Assembly: GCF_006345805.1 (NCBI RefSeq)
Contig: NC_043016.1
Coordinates: 22,444,001 to 22,508,000 of the forward strand
Direction of reading: 5' to 3'
Length of the DNA: 64,000 nt
Source: Octopus sinensis
Taxonomy: Eukaryota
Notes under the pieces: model-generated
The model's database searches: none
Told to the model about the DNA's origin: nothing
Seen by the model: the letters and a program-made list of their open reading frames with translations, nothing else
Shown: one piece after another, positions 13,401 through 23,950 of the stretch
Position numbering within the stretch: position 1 is the first letter of the stretch
How the letters are laid out: each line of letters begins with the position of its first letter
Made by a program: the position numbers and the translations under genes

Positions 13401-13490
13401 TGAGATCCTCGGACCGTAGGTTTGAAGTTGGAGTTATCCTCTCCTGGGAGGGTTGCCAACCATGGCTGACAAGCCCCTCCTGCTCGTGCC
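10440..13490 (-). mobile_element. RTE-clade (BovB-like) LINE, 5' end present, 3'-truncated, frameshifted
   Basis: APE endonuclease (GWNVRT, IDIAAISEVR, VYAPT, DFNSRVG, TDHRLV) and RT (FVDLTKAFDTV, GVKQGCVLAPTLF, LLFADD) on the minus strand, with GC-rich 5' UTR ~13000-13490. Confidence 0.93.
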
Positions 13491-13835
13491 ATCCAAACCA
13501 TGGTGAAAGAGAAAAAGGGATCCATGGTTTTCAGTAGGCATATACTACCCGGTTGCCTAGGCCGGAGTAGAGGGTTAGCTTAGGAGGCCCCACCCGGAGC
13601 CTTTGATTAAAAAGTATATACACAAGGCAGCAGAGCGATATCAGGGAGTCGCACCCATTGATAGACGATGACGAGTAGACTAGTCCATACGCCTTTGCTT
13701 GGTCATTAACCAAACTGGGGTCCCAATGATCACAAAACTCCATTTGAGCCATTGACTAAATGGTTCTTCCGCTTCTTCTGGGATACAATGCCTCGGCTGA
13801 GACAAGGGACAGTGACAATACGATATGTACATTTT

Positions 13836-13931
13836 ACACACACACGCACACTCACACACGCACACACACACACACACGCACACGCGCGCGCGTGCGCACA
13901 CACACAGAGTTTAAAATGCAATACACACAAT

Positions 13932-13968
<37 letters not shown>

Positions 13969-13985
13969 AAAACCCTCCACACACA
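13836..13985. repeat. (CA)n microsatellite
   Basis: Direct observation. Confidence 0.9.
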
Positions 13986-14624
13986 CGTTGCTGGATGCTG
14001 GATGGTTGTTGACTACACTGTAGTTCTTCAGCCCTTTGACGGGTCTTATTTTTTGTTCCGCTGGGTGTCCAGAAAGCACTCACCTCACCAAGCAAGCCTG
14101 GTAGGGTTGCCAGTTTACTCGCCTGCGACCCGGCCATGTAACAAGTTGTACTGGACTACATGGTACCAGTAGCACTCAAGTGACAGCGTTCAGATTCTCT
14201 TGAGGACAAGAAGTCAACAGGAGGTCATAATGCCATAGATTTGAACGTAGCTATGTGAGATGGCTACAACCACCCAAAAATGAAAGGTGAAATAGACTAC
14301 GATGAAATTTGAACTCAGACAAGAAATGCGTAACTGCTGCGTATTTTGTTCAACGTTTTAATGAATCTGACACTTAACCAACATATTACTTTAATATTTG
14401 CCAACACGAGCAATTACACAAGGGAGATAACCATGAGAGTTATTTCCCTTGACAATAACATACTTTCTTAAATTTTAACATCTATAAATATTCCATTTAT
14501 TTCATTTATTCTTATTTTCCAACTTTATTCCTTTTACATCTTATAAGCCTTCTTTCACCAAGAATATTATTTATTTTTCTGAGACAAAAAGTTAAACCGT
14601 GTTCTATCTTTTTCTTTTCACTTG

Positions 14625-14978
14625 TTTCAGTCATTAGACTGCGGCCATGCTGGAGCACCGCCTTGAAGAATTTTTAATCGAATGAATGGGACCTCAGTAC
14701 ATTTTTTTAAAAGCTTGGTACTTATTTTAACGGCCTTTTCATGCCAAAGCGCTAAGTAGTGGGAAAGTAAGCACACCAATACCGGTGTCAAGCAGCAGTA
14801 AGTGATAAACACTGACTCAAACACACACACACGACGGGCTTCTTAGTCTACAAAATCCATTTACAAGGCTTTGGTTAGTCCGAGGCTATAGTAGAAGACA
14901 CATGCCCAAGGTGCCATATACTGGGACTGAACCCGGAATCATGAGGTACAGAAGCAAGCTTCTTACCACACACCCATA
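14625..14978 (-). mobile_element. tRNA-derived SINE
   Basis: Minus strand begins with tRNA-like TGTGTGGTAAGAAGCTTGC...GGGTTCAGTCCC (A/B-box like); related decayed copy at ~24900-25050 and partial tail at ~15058-15100. Confidence 0.7.
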
Positions 14979-15325
14979 GTTTCATAATTTCTCATCAAGT
15001 TACAATTATTCATTGTTTAGTGTTAGTTACTTTTTTACCATTTTCTTTTTACTTCTATTGGTTTCAGTCAGAGGCTGTGGCCAAGCTGGGGCACCACCTT
15101 TTGCGTGATTAGTTTTTCTTTCTATTCACTTTCTGGCGCTCTCTTAGGAACTCTTTCTGGCGATGTAGCGATTTGGACAGAACTGCTTTTCTTTGTATTC
15201 TGTTGCGATGTGAGACCATCTGGTATCTCAGACAAAAATTTGACCACATGTTCTTTGAACACATCAACATCTACATTTCGCAGATCTCTGAGGCTGTTCA
15301 GCAGAGTGTTTTAAAGTTATACGCA

Positions 15326-15480
15326 CTGGATCTTTTCCTTTTGATGGACGGAATTCAACACAATTTCTAGTTAACTAAACAATTTGAAACTTCGTATACT
15401 GGTAGAATGTGTCAAAAGAAAACATTATTTTCACTTGGCTTTTTTGAGAAAATTGTAATTTGTAAGTTTAACGTAGTTTA
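15326..15480. repeat. Interspersed repeat, second copy at ~16634-16790
   Basis: Shared GGATCTTTTC...AAACTTCGTATACTGGTAGAATGTGT...TTGGCTTT.TTGAGAAAATT. Confidence 0.7.
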
Positions 15481-16193
15481 AGGAAAAGATCCTAGACACT
15501 TAAAACCTGAGTTGCTACGCTGCTGGATTTTTACTTTAGATCAGTGGTTCCCATACTTTTTCGGACTTCTCTCTTGGCTCCCAGGTCACATTCTTAGTGC
15601 CTGAATCCTGCCCCACCACACCACATCATAAGCATATACCTCTTTCTACTGAAAATTCAAAACGACTGTATTTCACAAATAAATCTTAACTTAGTTAACC
15701 CATTATTTGTTGCTTTTGCAATATGGAAGAGTAAATTTGCATCTCATCTGTAACTATGTTGCTTTTATTTTTTAACTGCGACGGATGTACTTTGTACAGG
15801 GATATCAACTTCTCAACATAAGGCGGAAAAACACTAAGAAGCAGTCTTAGAGCCTCACGTTCAATAATTTTCAGTCTGGTTTTACTTTGTTTAGAAAGAA
15901 GCTGAGCAACTGTACTGGAGACCCTGCTCTACTGAATATGATGTTGAGAAGGCAATAAATACTTTGTTCCACAGTGCAGGATAGCAGTCAGAAATGTTTT
16001 GCAATCAAATATCTCAGGCGCAGTCCTAGGAATATATATATACTTTGGGTATGGTAGACGAGTTCAGCAAAAATTTAGATTCATATGAATATGGTACTTA
16101 AGATGAGGCACCATAATTTAGTACAGTATTATCCATACAATTTAAAATAAAGTGATTAAAATCAAAATAAGCAACAAGGATATCCAGAGGTAA

Positions 16194-16280
16194 TGCAGTA
16201 CGATCGTTTCATGCGACTCCATTTAATTGAACAATGCATTCATTACATCAATTTAAAATGTAGAGCAATCTTCAGCTGCA
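16194..16280 (-). ncRNA. Type I hammerhead ribozyme motif (Penelope-like)
   Basis: Minus strand: TGCAG-CTGAAGA-tTGC...GCAt-GAAAC-GATC-GTA-CTGCA. Perfect 5-bp stem I, palindromic stem III (ACGATCGT), GUA site; first stem II pair mismatched. Confidence 0.7.
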
Positions 16281-18469
16281 CAAAAACATAGAATTTGATT
16301 AAATTTGAAGGACACATTAGTATAATTTTACCCAAAATCTCCAAGAGGATAAGGAGATAGAGTGTGTGTGCATGTGTGTATCAGTCTATCCATCTATGAG
16401 ATCAAATGTGGAAGAGCCGAGTTATACCTGAATATGCTCACGATTAAATAGGAAAAAATCGCTGCTTGCTGATACAAAGTTAACACGCACGCAAGCACAT
16501 ACACACACACACACGTTACCAGTCACAAATATAGATTAATCGACATAACTGTCGATGACAGGCTGGCTGAATTGCAACCCGTCAATACTTGGGAAGAGTA
16601 GTTAGACAAAAATAAGGAGATAGTGATTTTCTCGGATCTTTTCGGTTTGAACGGCAGTTTTTAAAAATATTTTCCACGTAATTAAACACTTTTAAACTTC
16701 GTATACTGGTAGAATGTGTTTATAAAATATCTTTTTCTCTTGGCTTTATTGAGAAAATTCTATAGCTTGTAAGATATTTGTTGGGTTTTTTTCTTCACAG
16801 TCCCAAGATCTCAATATTATTGAACATTTATGGTGCATTTTAGAACATCCTCACTGCAAGAACTGGAGACTGAGACTATTTTAGCTGAACAAAATGGACA
16901 AAAATTCCTTTGGAAACAATTCAAACTTTGTACAAGTCCATACCTCATAGAATTGAAGGCGTAATTACTTCCTGATGTACTTGCATGTACAAATGCACAT
17001 TCCCACGGCTTTATCGATCGCATTCTCACCTGGAATCGATTTTATTAATTTTTTCAAGACTTATACACACCCTAATACCGTTGGTATCTACATATCAAAT
17101 TTGAGTGCAATTGGATGGCGGATGCCTGAGATCCTAGAAGACACACACTCAAACAGACAGAATGGATTTTATATAATATATATATATATATATATATAAA
17201 AAGCTGGGGATGTGTGTGTGTAAACCCACAGAACTTCTGAAGTTCGCAACTGATTTTCTCCAAACTAGGAACATACATTACTTATGTTCTAGAGAGGGTT
17301 TGAGAGTCTTAAAATTTTTCACATAAGGAGTAATGGGACCCCTGGGGGCAGAAAATCTGCTTTAATTTTGCTCAAATTGCTTTCAATTTGGTGTATCAAT
17401 GCAACTCTGAATTTTGATTACAATCAACCAATTATTTTATCTCGTAAATTAAAAAATCTGATGTTATTTGGAATTAAAGTAGGGAAATTTGGGCAATTTA
17501 GCCAATTAACAGACAGCATAGCATTAGCAGCTTGTTACCATTGCAACAACACACTGTGTTGTGGTTCACTGTTGTCTGTGTTGATTTTTCACACTTAATT
17601 CTTCACACCATGAGATTCTTTTCAACTGCGTGTTTTGTTTTAATTTGTTGTAATTCAAAGGGGCCAGCCTTGTCATATTCTGTGTGAGGCTGAATCACCC
17701 TGAGAACTACGTTAATGGTATCTATGTCTGTGGAGTACTCAGCCACTTGCAAGTTAATTTTATCCTCGTGTGGTAATGAAAAGTAACATCCAATATTTGC
17801 TGTAGTTGTCTTTGATTTAACAATGTGTCTATGTATCTATGCATCAACTTTCTTTCGATCTATGTATCTACTGTCTCTCTCACTTTCTCTTTTTCTCTCT
17901 CACTTCCTCTGTGTCCCTCCTATCTCCCGCTTTCAATTTAACAATGTGTGTATGTATCTATTTATCAACTTTTGTTGCGATGTGATAAACATTTAAAAAC
18001 AAAATGAACGTCATCACCACCCACTGTTTCTCTCCCTCTCCCTCTCTTTCTCTCTCACTCTCTCATTCTCTCTCACTTCCTCTCTGCCATTCTCTCTCCT
18101 AAGTTGCCACTCACTTCTTCCTTTGAGGTGTGACACACACCACAGGCAAGACATACAAAAACAAGTTGGCATATTAGTATTATAATTATTATCAACATTA
18201 TTATTATTAATAGTAGCACTACTTCCATCATTTTTAGTATTAAATTTATTGCCGCATCAAATTTATTGCCACCTGATAAGATTGGTATTTAAATATCGAT
18301 CTTATCCTTATTTATATAAATTTATATGTTTATTTCGTCATTATATTCACTGTGGTGTTATTCTGACCATATCTCACGAGGAGTTTTAAGGTGGGCAATT
18401 TAAACTGTTTGTGTGCATACGTGCATATATATGTATGTATATGTTCGTATATGTAAGTATATCGTATGT

Positions 18470-18504
<35 letters not shown>

Positions 18505-18520
18505 TATATATAATATATAT

Positions 18521-18580
<60 letters not shown>
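18470..18580. repeat. (TA)n microsatellite
   Basis: Direct observation; similar tracts at ~22700, 37990, 41908, 48520, 55780. Confidence 0.95.
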
Positions 18581-18605
18581 TTGTATTTATGTGCTATCTG
18601 AGTAT

Positions 18606-18664
18606 ATTCCACTGATGAAAGCAAAGCATTTCTTATGCAAAGCCAGAAATCCAGGACCTGGAAT
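18606..18664 (+). ncRNA. Degenerate hammerhead-like motif
   Basis: ATTCCA-CTGATGA-...GCAT/ATGC hairpin...-GAAA-TCCAGGACC-TGGAAT; stem I perfect but stem III/cleavage triplet non-canonical. Confidence 0.4.
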
Positions 18665-18952
18665 TATCCAGTAATTTTTTACTAGTTTATTTTGTCTCTT
18701 TGTCTTCTCTCTTGGTGCTATATGAACATTTAATGTGGTTTTAGCATCAAGTTTGACTGCTATTTCCAGTGTGGTGTATCTCTTAGATACCCTAAATTAT
18801 AATTTTAAATAATTATTACCTTTGCCTATCGACTTCGAAACTCTATGTTGGAAGATGGTATGATTTTAATATATTGAGTCTCCTGGCTTCTTCTTGAGGT
18901 CATGTTCTTTCCTATTACTCTTCCCTTTGTTTATTTTATTTGGCGCTTTTGT

Positions 18953-19072
18953 ATTCACTCTGATGAAGCTTCATGTACTTAGTTCGAATATCCTATGAAA
19001 ATGACGAGTATTATTTTTGTAATTCTTTCCTAGGCACCAACTGACATTGGAAGCAGAAACGGCCGTAAGAAT
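18953..19072 (+). ncRNA. Type I hammerhead ribozyme motif with long loop II
   Basis: CTGATGA (18960) aGCTTC...GAAGCa GAAAC GGCC GTA AGAAT; palindromic stem III ACGGCCGT; stem I bulged. Confidence 0.6.
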
Positions 19073-19299
19073 TGTTATATCACAGAAATGTTATGTCATG
19101 TTTTGTATTAAAAAATAATCTACAGATGTGGTCCAACTTGTTTGTTTTTTGATTTAAAGTTTTCTCCATTTTCTGATTATTTAAATTATATCATCATCAT
19201 CATCATCATCATCATTTAGCGTCCGCTTTCCATGCTAGCACGGGTTGGACGGTTCAACTGGGGTCCGTGAAGCCAGAAGGCTTTTTGTTTTTCATTTTT

Positions 19300-19760
19300 G
19301 GTGGCCGGGTGTCGAAGTCGGGTTACTGGATCGTGTGAATTGTCCGAATCTGCACCCCACCCACCCCGCGTCACAAAAATTGAAAAACAAAATACTGTAC
19401 TAGGTGTAAAATAATGTGTAGTAAACGAATATGAAGAAAAAAAAATTGCACTGACGAACGGGGAAGTGGTGAGAGGACTCGGAGCACTCCCAATGTGAAT
19501 TTTGTGAGTCCTCTCCTCGCCCCCGTTTGCAAGCACGCATTTTTTTTTTGCATATTCGTTTTACACCTATTACACTATTTTTTCCCTCAATTTTTGTGAC
19601 GAGGTGTTAACGTTGAGTTTTCGGATCCTGTGAGTTTGATCGTGTGAATTTTCCGAGTCCTCTCTCCCCCACCCCGTTCGCCAGCGCGCATTTTTTTTTT
19701 CGCATATTCGTTTACTACATGTTGTTTTACACCTATTACACTATTTGTTTTAATTTTTTT
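19300..19760. repeat. Complex repeat with internal inverted and direct copies
   Basis: ~19369-19450 is inverted at ~19537-19601; 19500-19580 is repeated directly at ~19640-19745. Confidence 0.65.
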
Positions 19761-19919
19761 GCTCTGGTCAAAAACTGGAGGTTAACCAATTGAATCCCAT
19801 ACCGGTATCATTTGTTTCTCCTAAAGCCAGAAGGGTTATAGTGAAACAAAGGCTGCTTAACCATCCCACCGCCGTACCACAAGTTGTAATTAAATATTTT
19901 ACTTTTATTTCTCGCAGAT

Positions 19920-20195
19920 CCAATGTGGACTCTCAACAAATTTGAAGAGAACATAGTCAATGCGTTCGAAATGTGGGTGTATAGGAGAATGTTATGAGAC
20001 TCTTACAAGAAACATCGGACAAATGAATGTTACGAGTAGGTGAAAGATGACAACTGAACATTGTGAAATAACAAAAGCTCATCTATTATGGCCATATTCA
20101 AAGAAGCAGAGGTTTAGAAAACATTATCATGGAAGGAAGAGTGGAGGGTAGATGATCAAAGAACGTAATGGATGGCAAAAGATGATTGGACAAGC
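19920..20195 (+). mobile_element. Old RTE-like LINE 3' fragment
   Basis: Translates to WTLNKFEENIVNAFEMWVYRRML...YYGHIQRS.GLENIIMEGRVEG. Confidence 0.7.
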
Positions 20196-20203
20196 TTTTT
20201 TAA

Positions 20204-20440
20204 GGCGGCAAGCTGGCAGAAACGTTAGCAAGCCGGGCGAAATGCTTTGTGTTATTTCGTCCGCTGCTGCGTTCTGAGTTCAAATTCCGCCGAGGTCGAC
20301 TTTGCCTTTCATCCTTTCGGGGTCGATAAAATAAGTACCAGTTACGCACTGGGGTCGATGTAATCGACTTAATCTGTTTGTCCTTGTTTGTCCCCTCTAT
20401 GTTCAGCCCCTTGTGGGCAATAAAAAAAAAAGAAAAAAAG
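20204..20440 (+). mobile_element. tRNA-derived SINE (cephalopod-type), full length, with flanking 17-bp duplication
   Basis: A/B-box-like head (GGCGGCAAGCTGGCAGAA...GAGTTCAAATTCC), core CCGAGGTCGACTTTGCCTTTCATCC, AATAAA/poly-A tail; AAAAGATGATTGGACAA at 20177-20193 and 20436-20452. Confidence 0.85.
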
Positions 20441-20559
20441 ATGATTGGACAAAAGTGGCGAGGCGGCTGGAGAGCTCACGATCAATCGGGAGAATTTCCG
20501 TTGAACTGTCATCAAATCGCTGCACATGCACGATACTTGACGACGACGAAGACGACAAC

Positions 20560-20687
20560 GACAGTGAGGCCACGTGACCATGCAGACGCTGCCGCGTTCG
20601 TTGTATGAAAAAAAACAGAAAGAACGCTTTGCTTTTGAGAAACGTTTCTGAGGCCGGCAGAATGGAAGAAGAAGAAGAAGTATATTG
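20560..20687 (+). other. Candidate CpG-rich first exon with strong donor
   Basis: CACGTGAC at 20571, ATG at 20662 (MEEEEEVY), TG|GTAAGT donor at 20688. (GAA)n could alternatively be a LINE tail. Confidence 0.3.
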
Positions 20688-20819
20688 GTAAGTTAAATTT
20701 GGAAGATATTAACCTTTATTATCGTGGCGATAATAATGTCTGTGATACTGCCCATACTAGATAAACTTTCTCACAACTCACAACCCTGAATTTTTTTTAT
20801 AAGATAATCTATCTCTCTA

Positions 20820-21220
20820 TCAGCTCAGTCGAAGTCGACTTTCGGTCACTCGTTGGATCAGTGTCCTCCAGTCAGTTCTATCCTGGGCCGCTTCTTTCAG
20901 ATTGCCCATGGCCATTCCGTTATCCGCCGAGGTCGACTTTGCCTTTCATCCTTTCGGGGTCGATAAATTAAGTACCAGTTACGCACTGGGGTCGATGTAA
21001 TCGACTTAATACCTATGTCTGTCCTCTGTGTTTAGCCCCTTGTGGGTAATAAAGAAATAGGTATCACTCTTGATGGTGTCAAGCCAGCGGGTTCTTGGTC
21101 GGCCTCTTCCTCTCTTGCCACTGACCATTCCGAGCATGATGTCCTTCTCCAGGGATTTTCTCCGCATATGACCGAAATATGCCAAATCTATGCTTGGTGA
21201 TCCTAGCTTCTAGCGACATT
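20820..21220 (-). mobile_element. RTE LINE 3' fragment interrupted by a SINE
   Basis: Minus strand encodes LEKDIMLGMVSGKRGRGRPRTRWLDTIKSD. Confidence 0.75.
20924..21060 (+). mobile_element. 5'-truncated SINE, same family as 20204
   Basis: Near-identical core and tail to 20287-20425. Confidence 0.85.
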
Positions 21221-21243
21221 TACGTGTGTTGAAGCATATTCTG

Positions 21244-21510
21244 TCGTGTCTGGGGAGAGTCATTTTCTTTTTGTGCCTTATTAATTAACACACTCACCGG
21301 TAAAATTTCCACTTTTTAAAACTTTTTTATTTTCCTAAAATTTTCGTTGCATCTTGCAACCGTTTCAATAGTTTTGACTCAAAACTATGGAAAAGGTTGC
21401 AAGACGAAAATTTTAGGAAAATAAAAAATAAGAAAAAAATGTGTAAATTTTACCGGTGAGTGTGTTAATTAATAAGGCACAAAAAGAAAATGACTCTCAC
21501 CAGACACAAC
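21244..21510. repeat. Foldback palindrome, ~130-bp arms
   Basis: Arms pair from GTGTCTGG.GAGAGTCATTTTC inward to the centre ATAGTTTTGA-C-TCAAAACTAT (~21378). Confidence 0.9.
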
Positions 21511-21894
21511 GTTAATATGATTTTATTAGATAAAAATGTCGATATAGTTTTGGTTTTTGTTCACAAATTGAAAGTTGAAAATTAACACATGTAATTGGTA
21601 ATTGAAATTATGAAAACGTTTTTCAATTTCGTAATTTTCGCATTTTTAAGAGTGGAATTCCTTCCCATTCTTTTTTGAAAATGTGTATGTATGAATAAAA
21701 ACCGAGGGTGTGCGAGTAAAATTCAAAATTTGATAAGGTGCTGACATTCTTATAAAATGGAGTTGGACATAATGGCTATTAGCTAACAGTTATATGTAAT
21801 AAGAAAGATATGGTATTTTGACTTGACTTGGAAACAAGGGTCTTGTTTCGGGCGGTGGGCGTACCAAATTTTTCCCAATTAGAAAACAAAGTAC

Positions 21895-22058
21895 CTATTC
21901 TTTACTACCCACAAGGGGTTAAACACAGAGAGGACAGACAAACGGATTAAGTCGATTATATCGACCCCAGTGCGTAACTGGTACTTATTTAATCGACCCC
22001 GAAAGGATGAAAGGCAAAGTCGACCTCGGCGGAATTTGAACTCAAAACGTAGCGGCAG
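21895..22058 (-). mobile_element. SINE, same family, reverse orientation
   Basis: Reverse complement of the 20265-20425 sequence. Confidence 0.85.
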
Positions 22059-22703
22059 AACCCAATTAGAAAGTAAAGTACCACCGTCAACTTAGGTGGC
22101 ATGTCGCATAGTGTCAAACTGGTGCATGGGGAGCTAAAAGATCTACGCAGTGAGGAAAAATTTCGGTAAAATTACAGATTAACACCCGCACGATTTTCAC
22201 TAAGAAAAAAAAAAAAACTCGGATTTTTTGCGTGGGATCAAGTACCCTGACCTCAAAGCTGAGTATAATGTGATCGTTGTGTGTTTGTGTGAATTGGGTA
22301 CAGAATATGACATTACTGCACTTGCACCCTTTAATTTTTTTTTTCTGTGGGGAGCACAAAATCAAAATTTACATCCCCTAATTAAAAAATAATTTGCATC
22401 CCAGCCTTAGAAAGTGACGTTTAAAAATTAAACTGTAAAAAGTTACTTTACTGCCAGCCCACTTGGCTTTGTCCTGTTGTTGCTAATAACAGCACAAAAC
22501 ACACATGCTGCTGAATGCCACAGATGCAGAGGGTGTGTGATCAGAGCAGCTTCCAGATGCTGTTCTAGATTTGACAAAAGAAGGAAGATACACTCCAGCA
22601 GCTCATAACTATTTCAACAAAGACAAGGTTACCTGCTTACCAGTTGGATTCAGCGTCAACGCTCACGTATGAGAGAGACTCCAACACACACACACACATA
22701 TAC

Positions 22704-22755
<52 letters not shown>

Positions 22756-23567
22756 GTGTGCATTATGTGGTCGGTTGAGCTGAAAATATGCAGACCTATG
22801 TTAAAAGTGCTGGCAAGTTTGCATGACAACTATTTTTTTTTCCTCAAATGAAAGGCGTGACCTCTAGGACAAAATTCCTCATCTTATAAAATGTGGCCCC
22901 AGTAGACCCGAATGAAATAGGGTTATATTAACCAAAATGTGAAAAGGGGTCTAAATGGGGCTGGAAGGGGATTAAAATTTAAAGGAGCGGGTGTTTAGGA
23001 ATTCTCTGTTACATCAAGCTAAGAAATTTGCGCTAGCCTTTTAATCGTCAATGTGTTACCGTCCATGATGAAGAAGTTTTGAATGCTTGCCATGGTGAGT
23101 CTACTGTCATGAAAAAGAATCACTTCAAAACTTGGTGTTTAGGGATTTTCTTTTACATCAAGTTCAAAATTTTACGCCAGCCGTTAAACTGTCAAAACGT
23201 TGCTGTCCGTCATTAAGAAATGCCAGCCATGCTGACTCTACTACCCTCAGATTCTATCCCTTCAAACTTTGGTTTCCAATATTTTATTATTTTTATTCAG
23301 CTTGCAAGTTCGTGTGTCCCTTTTAAATGTTAGTGTTTTGCTGTCTGCCTTGAAGCAGACCTTTCCGTTGTTACTGCCTGATATTTATGATTGATCTTTC
23401 TAAATATTTTATTTCTCAACTTACTCAAGAGCTTTTGTTGTTTATAAATGGGAGAGAGATACATAAAGATAGAGAGTAAGAGAAAGCGAGGGAGAGTCCG
23501 AGAGAAAGGAAGAGTAAGAGAGTGGGGAAAGTGAGAGAGAAAGGAGAGAGAAACAAAGAGGGAGAAT

Positions 23568-23885
23568 CATCATCATCATCATCATCATCGTTTAACGTCC
23601 ATTTTCCGTGCTAGCACGGGTTGGACAGTTTGACCGGGGTCTGGGAAGCCAGGAGGCTGCACCAGGCTCCAGTCTGATCTGGCAGTGTTTCTACAGGTGG
23701 ATGCCCTTCCTAACGCCAACCACTTTGTGAGTGTAGGGGGTGCTTTTTTCGTGCCACCGGCACAGGTGCCAGGGGGGCTGGCAGCGGCCACAGTCGGTTG
23801 GTGCTTTTTACGTGCCACCGGCACAGAAGCCATTCAAGGCGGCGCTGCAATCGGCCACGTTCGGATGGTGCTTTTTACGTGCTGA
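23568..23885 (-). mobile_element. SINE-like repeat with (ATG)n tail
   Basis: Core GTGGTTGGCGTTAGGAAGGGCATCC; other copies at ~19192-19280 (-), 50770-51005 (+), 52818-53088 (-). Confidence 0.8.
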
Positions 23886-23918
23886 AAGGAAGCAACAGAA
23901 AGTAACAACCACACTCTT

Positions 23919-23950
23919 ACCCGCGCATAGAGCGGGTCACCTTCAGCTAG
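23919..23950 (+). mobile_element. Helitron 3' terminus
   Basis: ACCCGC-GCATAGA-GCGGGT hairpin followed by CTAG|T; same family as termini at 57968 and 58774. Confidence 0.75.

Noticed and set aside
13680-14172. Overlapping His/Thr- or Cys/Val-rich ORFs
   Set aside because: Translations of (CA)n; the same applies to (TA)n ORFs at 18.4, 38.6, 48.5 and the 63 kb ORFs.
14098-14185. Same short repeat near both RTE copies (also 50430-50515)
   Set aside because: Opposite orientation and different spacing relative to the LINEs; probably independent insertions.
20444-20448. CCAAT box for the candidate promoter
   Set aside because: It lies within the SINE's flanking duplication derived from a LINE remnant.
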